Origin: Chthonomonadaceae bacterium
GTDB taxonomy: Bacteria; Armatimonadota; Chthonomonadetes; Chthonomonadales; Chthonomonadaceae
Direction: 5' to 3'
Length of the DNA stretch: 34,065 nt
Assembly (NCBI GenBank): GCA_035650735.1
Contig: DASRGZ010000055.1
Location: 1 to 34,065, forward strand
The notes under the pieces are model-generated. The model saw only the letters and a list, made by a program, of their open reading frames with translations, had not been told where the DNA came from and did not search any database. Within the stretch, counting starts at the first letter, position 1, and every line of letters begins with the position of its first letter. Both the position numbers and the translations under genes were made by a program. This document shows, piece by piece, positions 17,226-25,682 of this stretch.

Positions 17226-18494
17226 ATGGGCATCCATAGCGTGCTGGCAATAGCTATTTTTGTGCTGGTTTATCTGATCATTTTAGCGGGAGAAGAATCG
17301 CCGCGCAAGCTGGACCGTCCTGCCGCCGGGCTGCTGGGCGGGGTGCTGATGGTGCTCAGTGGAGTGCTGACGCGCGCCGAAGCCCTGGCCGCCATTGATT
17401 TTGCGACGCTGGCGCTGCTGCTGGGCATGATGATGGTCATCCACTACGCCACCGCCTCCGGCCTGCTGGATTGGCTGGCGCGCAGCCTCGTGCGGCGCAG
17501 CTATAGTCCCCGCCAACTGCTGTGGACCGTTTGCCTGGCGGCGGGCATACTCTCCGCCCTCTTCGTCAACGATACCATCTGCCTACTGATGACCCCGCTG
17601 CTGCTGACGGCCACACGGCGTGCCCGCCTGCCTGCCGAGCCCTATCTGCTGGCCCTGGCCACCAGCAGCAACGCTGGATCGGTGATGACCCTCACCGGGA
17701 ACCCGCAGAACATGCTCATCGGGCAGTCGTCGGGCTGGAGTTGGGGAGCGTTTGCGCTGCGGATGGTGCCGGTCGGGCTGGTCTGCCTGGCGATCAATGG
17801 CGTGGTGGTCAGCCGGATCTATGGCCGGCAGCTAAAGGCGGCCTCGCTCCAGCACGCCGGAGGGGCCGAGGCTCTGCCGCAAGCCGCGTTGCCGCTGGAT
17901 AGGAAGCTGGCCGCCAAAACGCTGGTTGTGCTGGCGGGACTGCTGATCGCCTTTCTGTTCGGAGCGCCTATGGATCTGGCTGCCCTGACAGCGGCAGTAG
18001 TCATCCTGATCCTGGCCAATCGTCCCCCGCAGGAGACGTTTGCCTGGGTAGACTGGTCGCTGCTGCTGTTCTTTGCCGGCCTGTTCGTGGTCGTGGAGGG
18101 CGTCACCAAAACGCAGGGCGTCTGGATCGCGCGCCTGGTTCCGGCCCTGACCCACCATAAGGGACGCCTGGGCGAATTAACGTGGTTCTCGCTGGCATCG
18201 GTGGCAGGCAGTAACCTGTTCAGCAACGTGCCGTTCGTGATGCTCCTGCGCGGCTGGATCGCCCACCTGCCCCGGGCACCGCTGCTCTGGCTGGCGCTGT
18301 CCGCCTCCAGCACGCTGGCGGGCAATCTCACGCTGGTCGGCAGCGTCGCCAATCTAGTCGTGGCCCAGGGGGCGCGGGAGGAATGTCCTCTCTCTTTCTG
18401 GACTTTCCTGCGCGTAGGCGTGCCTTCTACGCTCCTGACGGCGCTGGCCAGTGTGCTGATGCTCTGGCTCTACGGCCTGCTGCATTGGGCTTGA
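17226..18494 (+). CDS. ArsB/NhaD/SLC13-type anion permease
   Basis: Multiple TM segments; IDF.TL.LLLGMM, LSALFVND, GS..TLTGNPQN, VDWSLLLFFAGLFVVV, SNVP, GNLTLVGS.AN. Confidence 0.9.
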   Translation: MGIHSVLAIAIFVLVYLIILAGEESPRKLDRPAAGLLGGVLMVLSGVLTRAEALAAIDFATLALLLGMMMVIHYATASGLLDWLARSLVRRSYSPRQLLWTVCLAAGILSALFVNDTICLLMTPLLLTATRRARLPAEPYLLALATSSNAGSVMTLTGNPQNMLIGQSSGWSWGAFALRMVPVGLVCLAINGVVVSRIYGRQLKAASLQHAGGAEALPQAALPLDRKLAAKTLVVLAGLLIAFLFGAPMDLAALTAAVVILILANRPPQETFAWVDWSLLLFFAGLFVVVEGVTKTQGVWIARLVPALTHHKGRLGELTWFSLASVAGSNLFSNVPFVMLLRGWIAHLPRAPLLWLALSASSTLAGNLTLVGSVANLVVAQGAREECPLSFWTFLRVGVPSTLLTALASVLMLWLYGLLHWA

Positions 18495-18743
18495 TTTGCT
18501 AATCGCCCTCACCCCAATAGACCTCACCCCTGGCCCCTCTCCTTCTCAAGGAGAGGGGAGAGGCAGGTTTATGCACTGGGGTGGCCCACAGGGGCTGCTG
18601 AGGCGAAGGCAACTGCCGGGAGGCAATGGAAAAAAGTCTTGCCTGCGGACGCCTTTTGCCGTAGGAAAACGTACTTGGCTAGCGAAGTAGGACTCCAGAG
18701 GCGCCCCGTCCCTCTATGCCTCCGGGGCAGAAAGGAGCCAGCC

Positions 18744-18938
18744 ATGACATCGCCGGGTAGTAAGCGGGAGCACGCGCCGGGCAGCCGGCAAGCGCACAAC
18801 ATGTCAAATTACCATGTGGCCGATCTTCCCCAGGAAGAGGTAGCCAAAATCCGGGATCTTGAGGAGCAACTCAGCGAGGATGTAGGCAAAGAGATAGTCG
18901 TCGTCGCCTATGAGAAGGAGCCGGAGTCCCCAGGCTAA
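18744..18938 (+). CDS. Small hypothetical protein (64 aa; alternative start 18801, 45 aa)
   Basis: AAAGGAG RBS before ATG 18744; protein-like core YHVADLPQEEVAKIRDLEEQLSEDVGKEIVVVAYEK. Confidence 0.6.
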   Translation: MTSPGSKREHAPGSRQAHNMSNYHVADLPQEEVAKIRDLEEQLSEDVGKEIVVVAYEKEPESPG

Positions 18939-18998
18939 GAGTCTCTCCCGATAGGGAGGTTCTCCCATCCCGGCAAAGCGCCGGAGGGGAATGGGCTT

Positions 18999-19916
18999 CT
19001 AAACTTCGAGCGCGGCCCGCACCCAGCCGTGCGCCGCTTTCAGCCGCCGCGCCGCCTCCTGCGCGGAAACGCCCAGCCGCAGCATCACGATGGCAGTCTT
19101 GGCGTGCCCGTCGGCCTGCTGAAGGGCGGTCTCGGCGGCGGCCCGGTCAACTCCCGCAGCCGCCATGACGATACGCGCCGCTCGGTCGCGCAGCTTGGTG
19201 TTCGTGGCCTTGACATCCACCATCAGGTTGCCGTAGACCTTGCCGAGCCGCACCATCGCCCCGGTCGTCAGCAAGTTCAGGATCAGCTTTTGGGCGGTGC
19301 CGGCTTTGAGGCGGGTCGAGCCGGTCAGGGCTTCCGGGCCGGTGATCGCGGCGAGGGTGATGTCGGCATAGCGGGACAGCGCCGCCCCGGATACGTTGAT
19401 AACGGCCACGGTCACGGCCCCGAGCCGCCGCGCCGCCTCCAGCGCGCCGATCACGTAGGGCGTACGCCCGCTGGCGGCAATGCCAACCACCACGTCGTCG
19501 GCGGTGACGTTACACGCCTCCAGGTCGCGCGCTCCTGTTGCCGGATCGTCCTCTGCCCCCTCAATCGAGGAGGTCAGCGCCTTCTGCCCTCCCGCAATGA
19601 GGCCCTGCACCAGCTCCGGCGCCACGCCAAACGTCGGTGGGCACTCGCTGGCATCCAGCACGCCCAGCCGTCCGCTCGTGCCCGCGCCGACGTAGAACAG
19701 CCGTCCGCCGCGCCCCAGCCGCTCCGCCAGAATATCCACAACCTGCGCCACCTGCGGCAAAACCTTCTCCACCGCCTCCATCACCGCATAGTTCTCCGCG
19801 TGCAGCGTCTTCACCAACTCCTGTGTGGAGAGGGCATCCAGCTCGGCGGTGCGTGGGTTGCGCGCCTCGGTTTCCAGACGCGCCAGGTCTTCCTTCGGAA
19901 TTTCTGAATGACTCAC
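18999..19916 (-). CDS. murQ: N-acetylmuramic acid 6-phosphate etherase
   Basis: TE.RNP, GAGTSGRLGVLDASECPPTFG, GIAASGRTPYV, GPE.LTGSTRLKAGTAQK, GKVYGNLMVDV. Confidence 0.97.
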   Translation of the reverse strand: MSHSEIPKEDLARLETEARNPRTAELDALSTQELVKTLHAENYAVMEAVEKVLPQVAQVVDILAERLGRGGRLFYVGAGTSGRLGVLDASECPPTFGVAPELVQGLIAGGQKALTSSIEGAEDDPATGARDLEACNVTADDVVVGIAASGRTPYVIGALEAARRLGAVTVAVINVSGAALSRYADITLAAITGPEALTGSTRLKAGTAQKLILNLLTTGAMVRLGKVYGNLMVDVKATNTKLRDRAARIVMAAAGVDRAAAETALQQADGHAKTAIVMLRLGVSAQEAARRLKAAHGWVRAALEV

Positions 19917-19975
19917 TGTAGATTACCTGTGAGCTTACCTACCCCCATGTAGCAGACCTCACCCTCGGCTCTAAG

Positions 19976-20197
19976 CGGCAGGCTGAACCCTGCCGCTGTG
20001 GGGCGCAAAGCGCCCGTCGCCCACCTACGTGGGCGAGACTCCCTGCCTGGTTTCTCACCGGGTATTCTGCCTGTGCAGGCAGGCAGCAGGGCCACCTATA
20101 GAGAGGGATCGTGACGATCCTGGGTATCGCAAGATCTTCTGCCTGCGTAGGCAGGCCGCTAGCCGTAGGCTCCACAGCGGCAGGGTTTAGCCTGCCG
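19976..20197 (+). mobile_element. REPIN/MITE-like element family C, copy 1 (222 bp) with hairpin-forming terminal inverted repeats
   Basis: CGGCAGGCTGAACCCTGCCGCTGTGG...CCACAGCGGCAGGGTTTAGCCTGCCG; internal CGCCCAC/GTGGGCG and CTGCCT/AGGCAG hairpins; homologous to 24742-24943. Confidence 0.8.
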
Positions 20198-20228
20198 GGA
20201 GAGGGGCCGGGGGGTTAGGTACAGGAGA

Positions 20229-21419
20229 CTAACGGCGGTGATGGCGGCGATGATGCGACCGGCTGCGCTTTGTGGGTTTGTGCTTCGAGGGCACAGTCAG
20301 GACAAGGCCGCTGCGGGCGCGCAAGACATGAGTCACATAGTCCGGGTCGCCGGAGGTAGGCCGAATGCCGCCGCGCGTCGGATCGACCTGCCAGCCCGCC
20401 GAGAGGATACCCAGCGTGTTCGGGTCAGGCGCAATAACGAAGGCGTATTCGCGCCCGCCGTTGTAGCGCCGGACCGCCTCCCGTTCCCATTGGCTCAAAT
20501 TGAGATGGTCCGGGTCCGGCTCGCCCGGCATTTTGCCGGAGCCGGGCTTATCGGAGAGCGGCGGGACGGAGGGCATGGAGAGGCAGGGCAGGCCGAGCAG
20601 CGTCCGCGCGCAGTTGAGAAACGCTATCTGATCACAGCAATCCTCCGCCACACGCTGGAGGCCGTCGGAGTGGCGCGAGGCCAGGAACACCGAGCGGTGC
20701 TTGCCACGCAGCATCTCCAGGCCGCGCTGCGCGTTGGCCCGCCAGTCCCAAACCTGATCGGCAGAGGTAATGGCTCCCGTCGGCGCGTTGAGCTGCATCA
20801 TGCCAATATCGTTGGTGCGGGAGAGGACAGGCATGCCGCCCGGCTCCGTGAACTGGCGCAGGCCGCTCTCGGCCATGCCGATCTTGGAGGCTATCAGGCC
20901 GAAGCGGGAGCGCGGAAACGCCTGCAAAACGATGTTGCGCGGCGGGTTCTCGCCCAGCACCAGCGCGCGCGCCTTGCCCCAGACCTCCTTGCCGTTCAAG
21001 AGCGTTTTGGCGAAGACCGTCAGCGTGCCGCCGCGTATCTCCTCGCCGAAATTGACCTTCAAGGGGCTGGGCTGCGTAAAGAGCTTGTTACGGATGCTAT
21101 GGTGCGTCGGAAAGACCTTGGAATCCCAGTCCAGGTAGACGCGCCACAGGAACGTGGTCGGCAGGGGCACGCCGGCAGGCCAGTTCCGCACCGCCGCCGT
21201 GGCGATCACATCCCTGGGCATCACGGGCGCGCCCGTCCTCCGATCAATGCGGATGCGATACACCGGGCGCGAAAGGGTTACCTGCACGGTGGGAAGGGGA
21301 AGCGCGGAAAGCAGCCCGGGATCGGGGGCAGGCAGGGTGGGTGCCGCCGATACCATCCCTGGCAGGAGTGCGAGGCTGCTCAGGGCGAGCCAGCCGCAAA
21401 AAGCAGTGCTTCGTGTCAC
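20229..21419 (-). CDS. Secreted protein with a putative lytic transglycosylase (SLT/lysozyme-like) domain
   Basis: Signal peptide; MAESGLRQF, DIGMMQLN, WDWRAN and AVRRYNGG match SLT motifs I-III; basic His/Arg tail. Confidence 0.6.
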   Translation of the reverse strand: MTRSTAFCGWLALSSLALLPGMVSAAPTLPAPDPGLLSALPLPTVQVTLSRPVYRIRIDRRTGAPVMPRDVIATAAVRNWPAGVPLPTTFLWRVYLDWDSKVFPTHHSIRNKLFTQPSPLKVNFGEEIRGGTLTVFAKTLLNGKEVWGKARALVLGENPPRNIVLQAFPRSRFGLIASKIGMAESGLRQFTEPGGMPVLSRTNDIGMMQLNAPTGAITSADQVWDWRANAQRGLEMLRGKHRSVFLASRHSDGLQRVAEDCCDQIAFLNCARTLLGLPCLSMPSVPPLSDKPGSGKMPGEPDPDHLNLSQWEREAVRRYNGGREYAFVIAPDPNTLGILSAGWQVDPTRGGIRPTSGDPDYVTHVLRARSGLVLTVPSKHKPTKRSRSHHRRHHRR

Positions 21420-21442
21420 TGGTCTTACCTCATCTTACTTGC

Positions 21443-22063
21443 TCATCTTGCTTGCGTCGTTGCCGCGACGCCGCTGCGCTCTTCCAGCAACCGCTCGATA
21501 TACTTACCTAACAGGTCACACTCAAGATTAACCTGGTCTCCGGCTTTGCGCCGGCCCAATGTGGTAACCTCACGCGTGTGGGGAATAGTCCAGACGGTGA
21601 AGGATTCGGGCTGCACGTCCGCCACCGTCAGGCTGACGCCGTCCACCGCGATGGAGCCTTTGGCGACGATATAGCGCCGCAGATCGGGCGGCACGCCGAT
21701 CTCCAGGACGACCGCGTTCTCTTCCGGCCGCACGGCCAGCACCGTGCCGACGCCATCAATATGGCCCTGGACAAAGTGGCCGCCCAGGCGCGCGCCTACC
21801 GCCAGCGGGCGCTCCAGATTGACCGGATCGCCCGACTTCAGCGCGCCCAGGTTGGTGCGCGCCAGCGTTTCCGGCACCGCCTCGAAGGTCAAGCGATCGC
21901 TTTCGTGGGCGATAACCGTCAGGCAGCAGCCGTTGACGGCAACGCTATCGCCCCGCTTTGTGCCGACATGCACGGTCGGGGCGCTCACGCTCAGCCGCGC
22001 CGTGTGTCCCTCCTGGACGATGTCAAGAACTGTGCCAACTTCTTCCACTAAACCGGTAAACAT
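21443..22063 (-). CDS. ribE: Riboflavin synthase (alpha chain)
   Basis: MFTGLVEE, GDSVAVNGCCLTV, VNLER, GGHFVQGHIDG, KGSIAVDGVSLTV, IPHT. Confidence 0.97.
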   Translation of the reverse strand: MFTGLVEEVGTVLDIVQEGHTARLSVSAPTVHVGTKRGDSVAVNGCCLTVIAHESDRLTFEAVPETLARTNLGALKSGDPVNLERPLAVGARLGGHFVQGHIDGVGTVLAVRPEENAVVLEIGVPPDLRRYIVAKGSIAVDGVSLTVADVQPESFTVWTIPHTREVTTLGRRKAGDQVNLECDLLGKYIERLLEERSGVAATTQAR

Positions 22064-22143
22064 CGCAAACTTTCTCCGCTCTCCACGCCCCTCCGGGGCA
22101 CCCTGTCGCATGAGAATGCCTCTCCCCTCTCCCGCAGCGTGGA

Positions 22144-22391
22144 TCGCAAGGCGGAGCCGTGTCGCAAGGTGTCGCTAGTACTCCTTCAAGGTAGAAAGTT
22201 TGTATGGGTAATGAGATAAGCCTAGCATTCCGTCTATCTCAAGGCTATGCCAACGTTCTACCTGGATGGACTACTAGGCGGAGCCGGAGGCCGTAACTCC
22301 GGCGACCCTAGCAGGGGCCCAACCATGGCAGGGCCGACCCTGGCAGTCCATTGTAGCCCCGACCCTGGCAGTAGGGGAAGGGGGTGAGGGC
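22144..22391 (+). repeat. Composite intergenic repeat family A, copy 4 (interrupted by a MITE)
   Basis: GAGCCGTGTCGCAAGGTGTCGC is identical to 2181-2202; CGACCCTRGCAG at 22303, 22335 and 22360; GGGGTGAGGG end. Confidence 0.85.
22179..22273. mobile_element. 95-bp AT-richer MITE with 18-bp imperfect TIRs inserted at CTAG
   Basis: CTAG(22175-22178) TACTCCTTCAAGGTAGAA...TTCTACCTGGATGGACTA CTAG(22274-22277); TIR match 15/18; removing it restores the host repeat. Confidence 0.75.
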
Positions 22392-22401
22392 TATTTTCAA
22401 A

Positions 22402-23016
22402 TCAGCTCTGGGGCAATGGGTCGCCTTCCGGCTTCAGGCCGAAGACTTTGGCGTTGTTGCGCCACCAGTCCTCAAACAGCGTGCCGAAATCCTTGCGGTC
22501 GATCTCATACCAGGTATATATTCGGTTGACCCGCTCCCTCTCTTTGTCCAATTGCTTCTGATTCCAGGCCTTCGCCGCCGCATCCGTTCCGTACCGGGTA
22601 TCTTTGCGTCCCAGATAGAGCGAACGAATGACGGCGAGGCGGACCTTATCGTTGGGCAGGCTGCGTAGGAAGGTCAACTCCGTATCAATATCCAGCCAGG
22701 TGACCGGGGCCACATCCCCCTTCTTATAGAGGAACTCTGGCCGCAGATGCATTCCCGGTTTGAGCTCAAACGTGTTTTCGCTGGGGACCCAGACATCCCG
22801 AGGCTTATTTCCTTTCAGGGTGTCATAATACTTGCTCATCTCATTGGGGATGGTCTGCTTAAATTGCAGGCCAAAACGCTTGCCCTCAATGCGCATGAGC
22901 CGACTATAGGGGTTCTGTTCCTCTTTGTTTACCTGCCCGGTCAGGATGCCGCTGAAGAAGAGCAGCGAAACCACGACCACCACAAGCATCGTGATAAGCA
23001 GCCAGTATCGTCGCAT
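22402..23016 (-). CDS. Hypothetical protein with an N-terminal TM anchor
   Basis: GAGGA RBS; MRRYWLLITMLVVVVVSLLFFSGIL; Lys-rich and visibly lower in GC than its neighbours. Confidence 0.7.
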   Translation of the reverse strand: MRRYWLLITMLVVVVVSLLFFSGILTGQVNKEEQNPYSRLMRIEGKRFGLQFKQTIPNEMSKYYDTLKGNKPRDVWVPSENTFELKPGMHLRPEFLYKKGDVAPVTWLDIDTELTFLRSLPNDKVRLAVIRSLYLGRKDTRYGTDAAAKAWNQKQLDKERERVNRIYTWYEIDRKDFGTLFEDWWRNNAKVFGLKPEGDPLPQS

Positions 23017-23094
23017 GACCTATCCTCATTTCATTAGTGCAAATACCGGGCCGTGATGACCCGCTTCTCCGTTGGGTTCTTATTTGCGGCGCTT

Positions 23095-24228
23095 TCAGCG
23101 CGGCAGAAAATAGCCTTCGATAGCCACATCCTGACGGAAGCGGCGCAGGCGTAATCGATCCAGGGTGTAGGCTTGCGCCATAAGGGGAACCCCCGTGCCT
23201 TCCACCGGCGTCGGGGCATCTCGTCCTCCCACGATCTTGGGAGCGATAAAGAACAGCGCCTTCTGGGCCAGGTTGGCTGCCAGCAGCGCCGCGTGCAGCG
23301 CGCCGCCGCCCTCCACGAGCACGCTGATAATATGCCTCTGCGCCAGGCTGGCGAGCAGGCATCGCAGATCCACGCGTCCTTCGGCGGTGGCGGGCAGCCG
23401 CAGCACCTCCACGCCCTGCCGCTCCAGCGCTTCCGCCCGCGCCCGCTTCTCGTCGGACATCGCCTCGGTAGTGGCGATCAGCAGGGGCCTCTGGACAGGA
23501 GATTGCGCGGCCAGGCGCACGGCCTGCGCCTCCGGCGGCGTGCGCAGCCGGCTGTCCACAATAATACGCAGGGGTTGGCGCGGCAGGACAATGCCCGGCA
23601 GGCGTGCCGTCAACTGCGCGTCGTCGGCCAGCAGCGTCCCGATGCCCACCATGACTGCGCCGCTCTGCGCCCGCAGGCGATGCACGTAGCGACGGGCCGT
23701 CTCCCCGGTAATCCATCTGGAATCGCCGGTACGGGTGGCGATCTTGCCGTCGAGGGTCATGGCGGCTTTCAGCGTGACAAAGGGCGTCCCGACCGTGTGA
23801 TAGTGAAAGAAGGCTTCGTTGAGCTGCCGCGCCTGCGCCTCCAGCAGCCCGACGGAAACGGCGATTCCGGCGGCGCGCAGCTCTTCCAATCCCTTGCCGG
23901 CCACGCGCGGGTGCGGGTCCGTCGTCGCGGCGACCACGCGGGCCACGCCCGCCGCGATCAGCGCGCGGGTGCAGGGCGGCGTGCGGCCCCAGTGGCAACA
24001 GGGTTCCAGCGTCACGTAAGCCGTTGCGCCGCGCGCCCCCTCGCCGGCAGCGCGCAGGGCAAAAACCTCGGCGTGGGGCTGTCCCGCCGCCGGATGATAG
24101 CCCTCCCCAACGACCACGCCCTCGTTAACAAGCACGCAGCCGACCATCGGGTTGGGCGGCGTGAAGCCTTTGGCAGCCAGATGCAGGGCGCGGCGCATCC
24201 AGCGCGTCTCTTCCTGAGGCGTCGGCAT
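23095..24228 (-). CDS. ribD: Bifunctional riboflavin deaminase/reductase
   Basis: PNP.VG, HAE, TLEPCCHWGRTPPC, K.A.TLDGKIA, S.WITG, VEGG. Confidence 0.97.
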   Translation of the reverse strand: MPTPQEETRWMRRALHLAAKGFTPPNPMVGCVLVNEGVVVGEGYHPAAGQPHAEVFALRAAGEGARGATAYVTLEPCCHWGRTPPCTRALIAAGVARVVAATTDPHPRVAGKGLEELRAAGIAVSVGLLEAQARQLNEAFFHYHTVGTPFVTLKAAMTLDGKIATRTGDSRWITGETARRYVHRLRAQSGAVMVGIGTLLADDAQLTARLPGIVLPRQPLRIIVDSRLRTPPEAQAVRLAAQSPVQRPLLIATTEAMSDEKRARAEALERQGVEVLRLPATAEGRVDLRCLLASLAQRHIISVLVEGGGALHAALLAANLAQKALFFIAPKIVGGRDAPTPVEGTGVPLMAQAYTLDRLRLRRFRQDVAIEGYFLPR

Positions 24229-24237
24229 GGCGGCGCG

Positions 24238-24702
24238 CTATCCCTCAGATCGCCCGTTGTAGCCCGGCCTCTCGCGGCGGGTGCGCGCCACCGCTTCCGA
24301 CCAGAGCGCGCGCCGCCTCGCCGCATAGTTGCGCAGCACCTCCCGCAGATCGAGCCAGGCCACCAGCAGCGCGGCGAGAATCAGCAGCGCGCACACGGAC
24401 CAGTAGGCATACATAAAGATAAACTGGGCCAGAAAGGCTTTCTTTTGCTGCTCGTTGCGCGCCGCCTGAGTCGGGGAGGGCGCGGCGACGATGCCCGGGC
24501 TCGCTAGGCCCGGTCGGATTCGCCGGACCACCAGCGGCGCGGTACGCTGCGCCGACACGCGCAGCGAGGGCATCAGAAAGAAGATGCCGTACCAGGTCAT
24601 GCCGAGGATGGCGATCAGCAGCAGCAGGCCGATGGTACGCAGACGCCGTGAGCGCGCGGAAACGACCCCCTGAGAATACGGAGACGAGGGTACCTGTGCC
24701 AT
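24238..24702 (-). CDS. Hypothetical membrane protein (2 TM segments)
   Basis: Two hydrophobic segments; ends 9 bp before the ribD start. Confidence 0.7.
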   Translation of the reverse strand: MAQVPSSPYSQGVVSARSRRLRTIGLLLLIAILGMTWYGIFFLMPSLRVSAQRTAPLVVRRIRPGLASPGIVAAPSPTQAARNEQQKKAFLAQFIFMYAYWSVCALLILAALLVAWLDLREVLRNYAARRRALWSEAVARTRRERPGYNGRSEG

Positions 24703-24741
24703 GCTCTTGCCTCGGATTCTTTCAAACTCGATAGGCTTTCC

Positions 24742-24943
24742 CGTCAGGCTGAACCCTGCCGCTGCGGGGCCTACGGCCCGCTGCCTGCCTACACGCAGGC
24801 AGAAGACTCGGTGACAACGCCAGGGGCGTCACTATCATTCTCTATGGGCAACTCTGCGGCCTGTCTACGCAGGCAGAGAGTCTCGCCCACGCAGGTGGGC
24901 GACGGGCGCTTTGCGCTCCACAGCGGCAGGGTTCAGCCTGCCG
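24742..24943 (-). mobile_element. REPIN/MITE-like element family C, copy 2 (inverted, diverged)
   Basis: Same terminal hairpins; both arms and the core (CCCATAGAGAATGATAGTGACG vs CCTATAGAGAGGGATCGTGACG) align with 19976-20197 in reverse orientation. Confidence 0.8.
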
Positions 24944-24979
24944 CATTGACGGGGAATTGCCAAAGTTTCGTGCACGCTC

Positions 24980-25666
24980 TCATGGACGCATGGCCCCTTG
25001 TGCCGCCTCGCGTAGGGCGCGCACGCCCGCGGCCACGCCTTCGGGATAGTGATAGATGGCCGTTCCGGCCACCAGCGCGTTTGCCCCCTCCGCCACCACC
25101 GCCGGGGCCGTCTTCACCGAAATGCCACCGTCCACTTCTAGGAGGATGGGATTGGGCGCGGAAGCGATCATCTCCCGGACGCGGACGATCTTGGGCAGCA
25201 TGGCGGGCAAAAACTCCTGCCCGCCAAAGCCGGGGTTGACGGTCATGACCAGGATCAGATCCAGGTCGCCCAGCACGTATTCCAGCACGTCGGGCGGCGT
25301 CGCCGGGTTCAGGGCCACGCCGGCCTTCGCGCCGAGTTCGCGTATCTGGGCCAGCGTGCGCTGTAGATGCAGGCACGCCTCCGCCTGGACGGTTAATCCG
25401 TTCGCCCCCGCGCGGACAAAATCCTCCAAATAACGCTCCGGCTCCACGATCATCAGATGCACGTCGAAGAACGCACGGGAGATAGGGCGCAGCGCTTTGA
25501 CGGCTGTCGGCCCCATCGTAATGTTGGGTACGAACCGACCGTCCATGACGTCGAAATGCAGGAACTCGGCCCCGGCGCACTCGGCCTCCCGCGCTGCCTG
25601 CGCCAGATTGCCAAAATCAGAAGCTAGAAGGGAGGACGAGATAACCAGATCCGTGACTCGGCTCAT
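24980..25666 (-). CDS. rpe: Ribulose-phosphate 3-epimerase
   Basis: HFDVMDGRFVPNITMG, DVHLM, LNPATP, MTVNPGFGGQ, VDGGI. Confidence 0.97.
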   Translation of the reverse strand: MSRVTDLVISSSLLASDFGNLAQAAREAECAGAEFLHFDVMDGRFVPNITMGPTAVKALRPISRAFFDVHLMIVEPERYLEDFVRAGANGLTVQAEACLHLQRTLAQIRELGAKAGVALNPATPPDVLEYVLGDLDLILVMTVNPGFGGQEFLPAMLPKIVRVREMIASAPNPILLEVDGGISVKTAPAVVAEGANALVAGTAIYHYPEGVAAGVRALREAAQGAMRP

Positions 25667-25682
25667 CGGCTCACTCCCCGCC

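Noticed and set aside
20238..21674. Long plus-strand ORFs (478 aa here; also 25497-27083, 23173-24507, 15905-16975)
   Set aside because: They are antisense shadows of well-supported minus-strand genes, as expected in high-GC DNA.
24703..24979. FMN riboswitch upstream of the rib genes
   Set aside because: No RFN consensus is visible; the structured sequence is the family C repeat.
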